This document shows, one piece after another, positions 49,801 to 61,894 of a stretch of DNA of 64,000 nucleotides (its first letter is position 1; each line of letters starts with the position of its first letter). The notes beneath the pieces are model-generated. The model saw only the letters and a list, made by a program, of their open reading frames with translations. It did not search any database and was not told the DNA's origin. Origin of the DNA: Lingula anatina (Eukaryota > Animalia > Brachiopoda); the NCBI GenBank assembly GCA_051362555.1, contig CM120640.1:69790788-69854787 (forward strand), written 5' to 3'. A program made the position numbers and the translations under genes.

Positions 49801-51656
49801 TTTGACCTACTTTTCACCATGAACTGAACTTTGCAAATTTTTCTTCCCTTTTATCTCCAAAACTGGCACAGATAGGTCCATAGTTACTATTGAACTTGAA
49901 TAGGAAGTCATATACTGGCAATCTAAATGTGATCTTAAAATTGACCTTTGACCTACTTTTCACCATGAACTGAACTTTGCAAATTTTGTTTCCCTTTTAT
50001 CCCCAAAACTGGCTGAGATAGGTCCATAGTTACTATTGAACTTGAATAGAAAGTCATATACTGGCAATCTAAATGTGACCTTGAAATTGACCTTTGACCT
50101 ACTTTTCACCATGAACTGCACTTTGCAAATTTTGCTTCCCTTTTATCTCCAAACCTGGCTGGGATAGGTCTATAGTTACTATTGAACTTGAATAGAAAGT
50201 CATATACTGGCAATCTAAATGTGACCTTGAAATTGACCTTTGACCTACTTTTCACCATGAACTGAACTTTGCAAATTTTGCTTCCCTTTTATCTCCAAAA
50301 CTGGCAGAGATAAGACCATAGTTACTATTGAACTTGAATAGGAAGTCATATACTGGCAATCTTAATGTGATCTTAAAATTAATCTTTGACCTACTTTTCA
50401 CCATGAATTGAACTTTGCAAATTTTGCTTTCCTTTTATCTCCAAAACTGGCAGAGATAGGTCCGTAGTTTCTATTGAACTTGAATAGGAAGTCATATACT
50501 GGCAATCTAAATGTGACCTTAAAATTGACCTTTGACCTACTTTTCACCATGAACTGAACTTTGCAAATTTTGCTTTCCTTTTATCTCCAAAACTAGCAGA
50601 GATAGGTCCATAGTTACTATTGAACTTGAATAGGAAGTCATATACTGGCAATCTAAATGTGATCTTAAAATTGACCTTTGACCTACTTTTCACCATGAAC
50701 TGAACTTTGCAAATTTTGTTTCCCTTTTATCTCCAAAACTGGCTGAGATAGGTCCATAGTTACTATTGAACTTGAATAGAAAGTCATATACTGGCAATCT
50801 AAATGTGACCTTGAAATTGACCTTTGACCTACTTTTCACCATGAACTGAACTTTGCAAATTTTGCTTCCCTTTTATCTCCAAAACTGGCAGAGATAAGAC
50901 CATACTTACTATTGAACTTGAATAGGAAGTCATATACTGGCAATCTTAATGTGATCTTAAAATTAATCTTTGACCTACTTTTCACCATGAATTGAACTGT
51001 GCAAATTTTGCTTTCCTTTTATCTCCAAAACTGGCAGAGATAGGTCCGTAGTTACTATTGAACTTGAATAGGAAGTCATATACTGGCAATCTAAATGTGA
51101 CCTTAAAATTGACCTTTGACCTACTTTTTCACCATGAACTGAACTTTGCAAATTTTGCTTCCCTTTTATCTCCAAAACTGGCAGAGATAGGTCCATAGTT
51201 ACTATTGAACTTGAATAGAAAGTCATATACTGGCAATCTAAATGTGACCTTGAAATTGACCTTTGACCTACTTTTCACCATGAACTGAACTTTGCAAATT
51301 TTGCTTCCCTTTTATCTCCAAAACTGGCAGAGATAGGTCCATAGTTACTATTGAACTTGAATAGGAAGTCCTATACTGGCAATCTAAGTGTGACCTTGAA
51401 ATTGACCTTTGACCTACTTTTTATCATGAACTGAACTCTGCTAATTTCTTTCTCTTTTAACTTCAAACTTGACAGAGATAGGTCCATAGTTACTCTTGTT
51501 GCATTATGTTTTTAACGTGTGTTCTTTGTTTTGAAGGTCAATGGACAGAACTTTACTCAAGTTGACCACAGTCGTGCAGTGTCCATCTTAAAGAACAGTG
51601 GCCAAACGGTGTCCCTGCTGGTGGAGAGAGAAAGAGAGTTGGCCTCTAAGGTGTAG
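46894..51656 (+). other. Duplicate PDZ exons 19 (46894-46986), 20 (47432-47506) and 21 (51537-51656), unit 2; protein-identical to unit 1, functional status unknown
   Basis: Intact frames and splice sites; 7 differences from unit 1, all synonymous. Confidence 0.8.
47720..51499 (+). mobile_element. HINE-type element family B with about 20 x 146-bp tandem array (unit 2 intron 20)
   Basis: Same 5' end with an internal deletion; array about 48532-51494 (atctcc at 48541, 48687, 48833..); lacks the canonical 3' end; empty site in unit 1 (gttttattgcatt, about 27560). Confidence 0.8.
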
Positions 51657-53736
51657 GCTGCTCATCAACTGTTGATATGAAAATATCTTTAACTTGAAAA
51701 AACATAGTCAAATAGCAATAAAAAAAATCTGACAGTTCTTAAATGTGCTTTTCAAAACCGTGATGTTTACCCTGAAAAGTGATTCATTCTATTGGACGTC
51801 TTATTAAAGGTTAGAGTAACTTATCAAACTTTAATGGTCATTTTAGGAATTTTAGTTATCTGCAACTTATATGATTGGGAATTCGATTATTTCCTTTTTA
51901 TATTGTGACTGAGCATTGATATGTATACATTGATATGTATATTGATATGTATTGAAGAAGTATTTCTAGTGCTCTGGTTGATCCATAAAATCAGGACATG
52001 TGATACCATTCAACCAATGTCAAAGCAATAATGAACTGATTAAGTCGGCAGTAGTAGCCTTACTTGTTTTATAAGGGTCCAAACAATATACATAACTCTT
52101 AATCATATCCAGCAGCACAATTATCCTAGGAATTTTAGTTTCTACATATCATTTAGGATGCAACCTGTTTATACTATGCAGCTTGGTGTTATGAAGGTCA
52201 GATTCATCAATTATAGCATTTATCACTGAATATAGTTTTATTGTTTATGATGAAACAATAGACAGAAATGTCTTTTTGGACAGAATCTGTACAGTTAGTA
52301 AGTACTTTCAGTTCATAAATTTTATTGTGTAAGGTATAAAGCACTTTCAACGTACAAACTGTATATTGTTTAGTTGCACCTTTATTATTTCTTTTATTTA
52401 AAAGTTTTAGTAGAAATGCTACTTGCCAATCTTTAATCCATGACCTTAGTTCTTTTATTGATACATGACATTTTCTCTTAAAGACTTACTTTATTTATGA
52501 AAATAGATGTACGATTTATAGCATTGTATTTATTGTATCTGCAGTTTAACTGTACTTAAGTATTATGTATATGTAAACTTTATTTATACATTCTTTTCGG
52601 GACATTTTAATGTATTTTTGCTGAGAAATGTCTGTCACCTACTTTTAGTAAAAATCTGTAGTTGTTTTTCCATATTTATAATTTTAATCCAAGTTAATTA
52701 CAAAAACTGTCAATTGTCATAACATTTGTTGCTCTTTTACTTTTTAAAGAGGCAGGATTTCCAGAAAGAATTTATTTTGGTAAATAAGAAATTGTGCAAC
52801 TTACTTTGAACAAAAGGATGTCATTTAAGTGATCTCTTTTGTAAATTTTTTAATTAAATACAAACATCTTGTGAAAATATAAGTTTCATTTCTATAATTC
52901 CATATATACATTTATATGTATGTGCAAAGTGCTATTTATTTATTTGAAGTCCAGATAAGCTGGTATCCTCTCACTAAATGCACCAAATACTTTTTTAGTA
53001 GAACACATGTTATAGATCTGATAGACCTGACATAAAGAATTGGTTGTGAATTTTATAATAGCTAGCTTATGAAGATCTTACCACGGCATGGAGCGATGCC
53101 AATATGTATATTGTAAATGTATTATTATATGATGGTAACTGTCTATTCAAAGGTGCATTTTTAAAAGTATTTTATCAGTGTGGCGCTTTAAACCAAAATA
53201 AGTGCTATGATTGAAATTGTAAATAGCTGTATAGTTCACAAACACTAGGAATAGCATTAACCAGAGTGAATTGCAAAGTGTGATTAAATTATGCACCACA
53301 GGAAAATTCCCCAAATAAAAATATATTTTGATATTGTGTTATTTCATCATTTGTTATAAATGGCCACCATCAGTCAGCATAAAATGTTTGAAATTTGTTA
53401 ACAAACCCTGAGATGTTAAAGGTACCCAGCATAATATTTCCCCATGAAAAACATACAACAAATTTTGCCTGAGGTAAACCGTATTTTTTATGACTAGTCA
53501 TCCTTTATCCCCATTTCCTGATTCTCGCCATAACTCCTTCTGTTATGTAATAACAAATTGGATGAAATGTGAATACTTAAAAAGAAAGACAAAGATATTT
53601 GTAAATATGGTCACTTTATTGTAATTCTTGTATTGTGGGTCACTGACAAATCCAAAGCTCTAATTAGACTCAAGAAGTGAAAAGTAGCAAGTAAAAAGTG
53701 CTTAACATGTTAATGTAGTTTATTAAAGCATTTTAA

Positions 53737-54081
53737 AGATGCATTCCTTCCAAGTCATTTTTTTGCCACAAAAACCGACCAAATGCCAACAAAGTTTCAA
53801 GTAGTATAACTAAGAGAATTACCAAAAGGCTTTGTTTGATTTTACCCGAAAATGTTAGAACGAATTTTTCTGAAAAGTAGGTCACGAAAGTAGGTTAAAT
53901 TTCCAACCAAAAATTTAAAGAAAGGAGCAGTCTAAAGCCCTTTTTATGGCTGATCGAGTGATCTATTCAGTTTATCCCTTGGCATGTCAAATTTATTTGA
54001 GTCGTATAAGAAACTAGTAGAAGTGGTTTACATGTGTTACTGGGAATCCATGCTGCACCGATGCTCGGTTCGTATGTACCT
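53737..54081. mobile_element. 345-bp indel flanked by TTAA, possible Kolobok/piggyBac-type non-autonomous element
   Basis: Absent in unit 1 (gcattttaatataagaaacc, about 29760); ttaa on both sides; AG..CT ends with only weak TIR similarity. Confidence 0.4.
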
Positions 54082-54201
54082 TTAATATGAGAAACCTAAT
54101 TTTATGTAATCCTTCTCCAGATGGGCACATAAAATATTTTATCTCGCTTATCAATTTTAAAAACATACAAACAAAAAACTCAATATAGACAGGTGACACT
54201 A

Positions 54202-55080
54202 CTGGAGATCATCTCAAAGTCCCGCTCCAACAGTAAAAGTTACAAACCCCAAGTCCCAGCGAAGTCCGATGCTCTCGTCCTGGCTGACAAGTACGCCCAC
54301 TACAAGCAGCAAGTGAAGAATGTGTTCTTAAACCAGCTGGAGTTCAGCTCAGATACTGGGTATCTGTACCAGAAGCATAAGATGTGCTATGATGGCAGGA
54401 GAGGCACTAGGAGCACCAAGGACTACGACTCCGGTACAGGCTACAGAAGTGACTATGCCCTGTACAGACCCAAGCTCCACCAGCAACAACAACCCAGACC
54501 TTTGACGGTAGGCAACTTAGCCAGCGACTGGGAAATGAGAGCCAAAATTCAACAAAGTGACACACAGGAAGGCTATACCAGTGACTCAGAAGGTTTACTA
54601 CAGAGAGGAAAACTGGATTATGACCACCCCCTGGGTCGCCCAGGGCAGCTGAAGTACCCCGCCCTAAGCCTACCAGAGAACATGCACAATGCCAACCCAG
54701 GGAGCAGTTTTACCATGCAGCAGCAGCAGCAGCAGCATCAACCCTCCCCAGCCTGGAGTTACACCACCACAACCAACATCACCCCCAGCAGTGTGCCATA
54801 TGCCAGACGGACTCTGATCCGTAATGATGAGCTGTATGACAGCCAGCAGACACCTGGCACAGGTGGGCCGAGGAAGGACACTGACAGTACCCCCACTGTG
54901 CTGTCCAGGTCAGCTCATAGCCTGTATGGATACACAGCCACCCATCAGACACGCATTGAGGTGAAGCCTAACAAGGATGACTGGAGGACAGAGCTGTTTA
55001 CTGTGCTGGAGAGGAAGAGGCAGGAGGCAGCGAGTGCCAAGAGTGAAGGACAGCCAGGACCAGGGAAACCACCAGAGCAG
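54202..55080 (+). pseudogene. 5'-truncated LAP exon 16 copy, unit 3 (frame still open, donor intact)
   Basis: ORF 54193..55095 matches exon 16 from LEIIS onward; donor cag|gtacta at 55081. Confidence 0.75.
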
Positions 55081-56269
55081 GTACTATATCTGTAGTGATA
55101 ATAAAAATTTCATTTTTTTTCATGGATGTCAAGCTGTTATAAGATTGACAATGTAACTCCTACTTTTTCTGGTAAAATTTTCCATAAAAATATCCAAAAA
55201 TTACTATTGGAAAGTATTTTTATGTGAAGGCACAATGTGTCTGTACATAAAGTCATTACATGAGTCTGTTGTCAACATCAGCACTGCCTTGCACTATTCA
55301 CCATAAAGTCAATTTTATGGAAAATGGTGTGATTTATTTTTCTCAAATGTAGTGGAGTGATTAATGGCTCTAAAGTAGAGGTCAGGTGTAAATATATTTT
55401 TTTTGTATTATTTTTGTTGAAGTTATGCAATTTTTTGTTAAAGTTTCATTTTTCATGTATTAGCATTTGATGTGTATTTATGAAATCTTATGAGCCTAGA
55501 CCCCCAATAATAATGAATGTCATTATTACCTGTTATTATTATAGTCTAGTGAGATTTTTGAAAAAAGGCTCTGCATAAGAGGCAAGGGGCATTTTGGGGT
55601 AGAAGTTGGGAACCAGGCTTATTAGCATAATTTTGGGATGCTGAATCCGATTTACCCGGTTCCCAAGCGAAATTTTGCGTTTTTAACGGTTTAATTTGCA
55701 AAAAAACAAAATGGCCGCCAGATTTCCTATTTTCTGCAATACCTCTGGAACTAGACAGGCAAATATGACAAATGAAGTGTCTTTACCTATATTTTTAGGG
55801 TCGAGGAACATTATTAAGATGTTTCTGTTAGAATTAGATTTACGCAATTTTCCTAAATATGCAAATTAGGATCGCCATTACTGAAAAACCGTTTTACTTC
55901 TGTATCTCTGTAACTAGGCAAGCAAACATGACAAATGAAGTGTCTACACCTATGTTCTCAGGGTCAGGGAATGTGATAAATCAGATTTCTTGTCTGATGG
56001 GTAGCACTGACTTTGTGAATCGTGTCCGAGTAGCACCTTTTATTGTTTCTTCCCTGTATCTGTCAAACACAAGTCAATCTGCTGATAGTTAGAACCTGCC
56101 TTCAGAACTGCTCTTACGTACGTGTCAGCCAAACTACCAAAGGTCACTGCACAGGCTTTCCCCAGTGAAATTGTCAGTGCTTGCCCATCAATTATAAGGC
56201 AAGGTGAGCAGAGGCGGATCCAGGATTATTTGAAGGGGGAGTCCGCGGATGCAAAGCCCCCCCCCCCCC

Positions 56270-56319
<50 letters not shown>

Positions 56320-56631
56320 GCAACGGGTTAGGGGCCTGTTGAAGGGCCACACAAAATTTTGGTATTTAAGAGGGCGAACGGTGCCATTTGGTATGGTTTA
56401 CAACTATGATTCAGCTAGTCAAAATTATAATTTCAAGGGGGGACCATAATTCGAAGGGGAGGGGGGGGTCAGGGCCCGCCTTACGTAATATGTGGCAGTT
56501 TCTCTGAGCAGTCCTCTTTGGCTGGTTACAGAATGCGTATAAAAGGGCAGCAGTTCTGCAGAATAATGCTCTATATTTCGACAACGTCCAGTCAGAAGAG
56601 TTTGATATTTTGCAGACTCTTAGCTGACCAT

Positions 56632-57575
56632 ACGGTATGTGAACTAACGGCAGCAACTTGCCACACTATTGTTGCATTATGCCAGAATGGACAGAAGCAA
56701 ACTGCTATTGCCAGACAGCTGAATGTGTCCCAGGGAGCAGTTTCTAACGTCTTACAGAAACACGCCCAGACTGGTGCATTAACACAGAGACCACGGCCAG
56801 GATGTCCTAAAGTCACCACCAGAAGGGAAGACCGCTTGCTTCTGGGGTTATGTCGCAACAACCGGACAAAGACAACTCTTGCTGTACAAAATGAGTGGCA
56901 AATTAGCATGTTTCTAGGCTACTTTTAGCTGGTTAACTCTATGAACAGAGCAACATGGTGGGCTAGACGCCATTTGCGGTTCCAGGCACAGCACTGGGTT
57001 CATGTAGATTTTTTCAGATGAGGCAGGGTTTGAGTTCCACCACCGCGATGGCTGAATCAGAGTCAGTAGGTTTCCAGACGAGTTACTGCACGAGGATTGT
57101 GTCACACTACAGTGACTTGTGGCCGTGGCAGTATCTGTGTATGGGCCGGTTTCCACTCTGGAGCCAAAACACTGTTGGTGGCAATTGACGGAAACCTCAA
57201 CCAGATAAAATATAGGGACATTTTAGAGAATACTTGCTTGCAATTTGCAAGAAGGTACTTCCAGGACAACTTCGTCCTGCAAGATGACAATGCCCGACCA
57301 CACCATGCCCATGCAATAACTGCTTTTCTGCAAAACCAAGAGGTAAACCAGTTGCCTTGGCCGACGAAATTCCCCTGACATGAATTTTATAGAAAACCTG
57401 TGGGCATAAATCGCTAGCAGAATCAAGAGCTTACCCGTCCACCCTACAAATCGGCACAAGCTTAGGCAAGCTCTGACTAATGCGTGTAACACAATACTGG
57501 ATCATACTCTCAGAAACCTCTCTGCAATAAATGAGGGCTCTGGTTGCAGCTAGAAGAGGCTGCACGCGTTGTTAT
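56632..57575 (+). pseudogene. Tc1-family (DD34E) transposase pseudogene
   Basis: HTH IARQLNVSQGAVSNVL..RPGCPKVTTRREDR; FSDE; VWAGF; QDDNARPH..WP..DMNFIENLW with 34 residues between D and E after correcting a frameshift; stops, frameshifts and an internal deletion. Confidence 0.85.
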
Positions 57576-58195
57576 CAGTTTCCATTTTTCACATTTGTAT
57601 TGATGATTCTTTTGTGTGAGAGAAAATCCTTACCAACTGATATTCTTGATAATATCGAGTTCATAAGAATGTAATACCTCGTTATCAGCTATAAAATTAT
57701 CCATGCGCTGTTTATAACGCTGATTTGAATATTAAATTATTATTTAAATTAAATTTTTGATGATGTATTCACACAGGTTGATTTATTAAAGCCATATCGA
57801 ACACGATAACAAGTGTTTTTTCATCCATTACTAATATATGGGAAAAATTCAAAGAAAATATGTTTGAAAAAAATCCATTTTAAATGTGAAGTCTGTACAT
57901 TGCATCACATGAATTATTTGATTCAGCAAATCCCTCCATTGCATTAATAAGGTAATCTTTTTTAAATCTAGGTAAAAGTGGCAGTTGTGTGATCCAATAT
58001 GTTTACATCCCAATGGCAGCGCAGTATTTAATTGCAAAATTCAATTCAGATTCGAATAATTGCTACAGTGTGACAGTGTAGCCCTCATTGCTGATTTGAT
58101 TATAGTGAAAATGTCTTAATCACTTTCCCTAACGCTGAAAACATGGGTGTGGGCACTTCATATGTCATGTTTGCTTGCCTAGTTAACGTAAAAGC

Positions 58196-58338
58196 GGGGC
58201 CGTAGCGATAGTCCAAAGGTTCAATAGTCCGAAGGTTCATTGGTCCGAATGTTCACTATAGAACCTTCGGACCAATGAACCGATGAAAACGTTACCACTT
58301 TTCGGACCAATGAACCTTCGGACTATCGAGACGCCCCC
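58196..58338. mobile_element. Foldback MITE with 9-bp TSD (Mutator-like)
   Basis: TIRs ggggccgtagcgatagtcc / ggactatcgagacgccccc; internal ggttca.t.gtccgaa units; TSD cgtaaaagc (58187-58195 / 58339-58347). Confidence 0.7.
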
Positions 58339-59102
58339 CGTAAAAGCAGTTCTGAAGGCAGGTTCTAACTATCAGCAGATTGACTTGTGTTTGACAGATA
58401 CAGGAAAGAAACAATAAAAGATGCTACTCGGACACGATTCACAAAGTCAGTGCTACCCATAAGACAAGACATCTGATTTACCACATTCCCTGACCCTGAG
58501 AACATAGGTGTAGACACTTCATTTGTCATGTTTGCTTGCCTAGTTACAGAGATACAGAAGTAAAACGGTTTTTTCAGTAATGGCGATCCTAATTTGCATA
58601 TTTAGGAAAATTGCGTAAATCTAATTCTAACAGAAACATTTTAATAATGTTCCTCGACCCTGAAAATATAGGTAAAGACACTTCATTTATCATGTTCACC
58701 TGTCTAGTCCCAGAGATATTGCAGAAAATAGGAAATCTGGCGGCCATTTTGTTTTTTTGAAAATTAGACAGTTAAAAACGCAAAATTTCGCTTGGGAACC
58801 GGGTAAATCGGATTCAGCATCCCAAAATTATGCTAATAAGCCTGGTTCCCAACTTTTACCCCAAAATGCCCCTACTATTCATCTTTTGTGGAAATCCCAC
58901 TAGACTATTAAAATTTGTTTGTGATCATGCTGTAAATTATTATGTAATATTGCATCAAAAATGCCAAAAAATATATTATGCATTAGCAGACTTTCTGCTT
59001 TGTATATGTACATTTGGAAGCTTTACCATTTTGTATACTACATTATTTGAAAAAATGACAGAAGAGTGCATAATGTTCAGTTTCTAAGCATTTTAAAATA
59101 TG

Positions 59103-61058
59103 TCATTTTTCTAAGTATTGGAATACTTTCACTTTTCCATCCACTTGGGTCACAACCAGATCTTCATCCTGGTTGATGGTACATGCCCATGGTTCATATA
59201 GTCCATCAGCTTTGGATGCTATGTACTGGATGAACTTCCCATCTGGGGATACAAGGTGTATGCAGTGGTTATCATAGTCTGTTGCCAGTATGTTGTCATA
59301 TGCATCAACACAGACACCAAAGGGTCGATTTAACTTGTTATCAGGTCCTGTGTACTGATACCATTGTTCACCAGATGGGGTTAGGATATGAAGTTTGTTT
59401 TGTGATAAATCACAAACAACAAGGCACCCATTGCTTGTATATGCCACTTTATATGGATTATTGAACAACTGTTCCCCATCTTTGTCCTTTATCACATCAG
59501 TTAAAGTTAGTTTGCCATTGATAGCAATACTGAACACACTCACAGACTTTTCTTTATTATGTTGTGCCACAGCAATCTTAGTGCAGATGTTATTGAGAGC
59601 CACACCATATGGGTTGTTGACATCTACAGTTTCCTGTACTTCCCACTGTGGTGATAGGATGAACAGTTTGTTATTACCTGCACCAGATAGAACCATCCTT
59701 CCATCACCGAAGTGACAGATCCCTATTGGACCTTTTAGCTCTGTGTCTGAAACACTTGTTATCTCCTTGCTAAATGTACCTTCTGAACAAAAAACCTTGA
59801 CCTTGTTATCCCAGTCATGTGCAGTAACGTACTCCCTGTTTGGACTCACTGAAATGTCCACTGGTCTCCGACAGCCAGTGTCAAACTCCAGCATACATTC
59901 AGCCTGTGGTTTGATCTTGGGCAAAGCTTGTGATTTAGATATCTGCACATTCCCCAGGCCGGCCCCACTGGATATCTCTTGGTCCACTTCTTTGTTGGTG
60001 GTGAGTGTAAGTTTTAGTTCCTCTGGAATATCATCCACAGCTGAAGTGGATTGTAGATCATCAAGTCTGTGTCCAAGTTGGTGTTGTAACATGAGGACAT
60101 CTATGGGAGCACCATGCTGAAGGATGTTCTTTACTACATCTGTTGTGGTTTTGATAGAGGAGCAAGTGACACTGCAATTTTTGCGGGAAATTTGTAAAAT
60201 ATTTCTGTGAGTACTGGTGGTTTGATGAAGCTCCTGCAGTAAGGTTTTCTCTCGTTGATCTACCAGTTGACGTAGATGAACTGCACGAGCTTTAATCTTC
60301 TGCTGAACAAAGCTTTCATTTTCTTGGAGGGTTGCCAATATTTCATCAATTTTAGCTATTGTTTTCTCTCCCTTTTCAATTTTTTTCTCCATGCCACAGG
60401 ATTTGGTCAGAAGTTGTGGCTTTACCATCTCTGCAGCTTTTTCAAGGGAGATAAGTTTGTGACCATCATGGAGTAGATCTCTGCAGTCACGACAAATGGG
60501 GACACTGCAGTCTGAACAAAAGTATCGTATCATCTCACCTTTGTGCTCTGGGCAGATAATCTGCTGCTGCTCATGGATTTCTTTTTGATACTCACTGCTG
60601 TGAAGTTGTTGAAAAGTTAGTACCCTGTGATTTTTAGTGAGTGTGGTAGCACAGTGGAATGGAGAACATTTGTCACATAGGTAGTCATGACAGGTGATAC
60701 ATTTTGAAGTTGCCACTGTTTCAGTTTGGGACAATAAATCACAAGAGCTGCACTTTTTCTTATGTGTTGACTGAAGTACAGTCTCCTGCAAGCTTTCAAT
60801 GAAGAAATTGTGAGTGAAGCCCTCGAGGCCATCTTTAGGAACTTCAGTCTCTTTCTGACACACAGGACATCGGAATTTACTTCCTGGTGTTAAGTCAGAT
60901 ACATAAGTCGTCAGACAACCTTTACAAAATGTATGCCTACATGGTAAATCTGTTGGATCCTTATACTCCACAAGACATAATGGACAGCTGACAAAATATT
61001 CAATTATTTTGGCTCGTAGGCTTTCTTCTCCATCTCTGTCAATGTGAGCTGTAGCCAT
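59103..61058 (-). CDS. TRIM-NHL E3 ubiquitin ligase copy 3, 651 aa, single coding exon
   Basis: Uninterrupted ORF, same architecture with all Zn ligands retained; distinct N-terminus MATAHIDRDGEE. Confidence 0.92.
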   Translation of the reverse strand: MATAHIDRDGEESLRAKIIEYFVSCPLCLVEYKDPTDLPCRHTFCKGCLTTYVSDLTPGSKFRCPVCQKETEVPKDGLEGFTHNFFIESLQETVLQSTHKKKCSSCDLLSQTETVATSKCITCHDYLCDKCSPFHCATTLTKNHRVLTFQQLHSSEYQKEIHEQQQIICPEHKGEMIRYFCSDCSVPICRDCRDLLHDGHKLISLEKAAEMVKPQLLTKSCGMEKKIEKGEKTIAKIDEILATLQENESFVQQKIKARAVHLRQLVDQREKTLLQELHQTTSTHRNILQISRKNCSVTCSSIKTTTDVVKNILQHGAPIDVLMLQHQLGHRLDDLQSTSAVDDIPEELKLTLTTNKEVDQEISSGAGLGNVQISKSQALPKIKPQAECMLEFDTGCRRPVDISVSPNREYVTAHDWDNKVKVFCSEGTFSKEITSVSDTELKGPIGICHFGDGRMVLSGAGNNKLFILSPQWEVQETVDVNNPYGVALNNICTKIAVAQHNKEKSVSVFSIAINGKLTLTDVIKDKDGEQLFNNPYKVAYTSNGCLVVCDLSQNKLHILTPSGEQWYQYTGPDNKLNRPFGVCVDAYDNILATDYDNHCIHLVSPDGKFIQYIASKADGLYEPWACTINQDEDLVVTQVDGKVKVFQYLEK

Positions 61059-61894
61059 TTACGTGGCATGTAGTGAACTGTTCTATGTGGATCTCTTTTC
61101 AGCAGTAAACCAGTTGGGGAGAATGTGTGTTCAGTAGAGTTATAACTGTTATCTTATCAGTCACCCACTTTTTCCTTGTCTAAAGTCTCAGCAGTTTGTT
61201 TTTGCATTTCACTATGCATTATGTATCAAGAATGTGTTCAGTTTATTTTTCACCAGTGAAGATGTTAGGCTCTGGAGTAGGTAGTCAGTTCAGGTAGATG
61301 AATTCAGTGAGAGCTGTAACTACAGTGTAGATATCTTGCAGTGAAGACACAGGTGCTCTTTGCTCTTTTTCTTGTGGAGTCTCCACTTGGGTTGTAAATG
61401 CGACTCCTGCCATCTCTAGGTGCGCAGGAAGTACGCCTAAAATGATCTGAATCTACAATTTCAGATCACAATTAAATGATCTAATATAGCCTTAATTTTG
61501 TAAAATTATCTTCCCTTGGTTGAGAAAGACAATAATTAGACTGACTTCCAGTTAAGTGCATGGTCAAGCAATTTTCATCCCTCACACATCCCCCCCCATA
61601 TTTCCTGAAGCCTGAAACCCTAGTTGCATATTCTGAATGTCCATGTTACCAGTATTTTTAGTGTGTATGAAATGATCTGTATTACACAATAAAATTTTGG
61701 TGGTTATTATGCTGTTGTGTATTATCTAAAATTGCATCAAAATAGAACAAAACAAAACAAAACAAAACAAAAAACATTGTTCACTAGCATAATTATTTTC
61801 TGCATTGTGTCTGTACATTTGAAGGCTTTGCTGCCTTGTTTTGTGTTTCTCACATAAACCATCATCTGTGTATTCATTTCTAATCCCCATCCAG

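Larger units (their letters stand above)
29882..54201 (+). repeat. Tandem segmental duplication unit 2 (copy of 17163-29881: mid exon 16 to past the 3'UTR, including the nested TRIM)
   Basis: Collinear copies of exons 16-21, introns and 3'UTR; junction caatatagacaggtgacacta|ctggagatc at 29881/29882. Confidence 0.92.
55542..58907. mobile_element. DNA transposon with about 575-bp TIRs (TAGTCTAGTG ends, TTA TSD; Academ-like termini) containing a Tc1 transposase relic
   Basis: Arms 55542-56118 and 58339-58907 are near-perfect inverted repeats apart from a short diverged patch near the tips; TSD tta; empty site in unit 1 (tgtcattattaaaaattgg, about 18486). Confidence 0.8.

Noticed and set aside
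48532-51494. 146-bp array (and 24960-26390) as a CRISPR array
   Set aside because: Whole monomers repeat with no unique spacers, no cas genes, spliceosomal eukaryotic context; the array is internal to a HINE-type element
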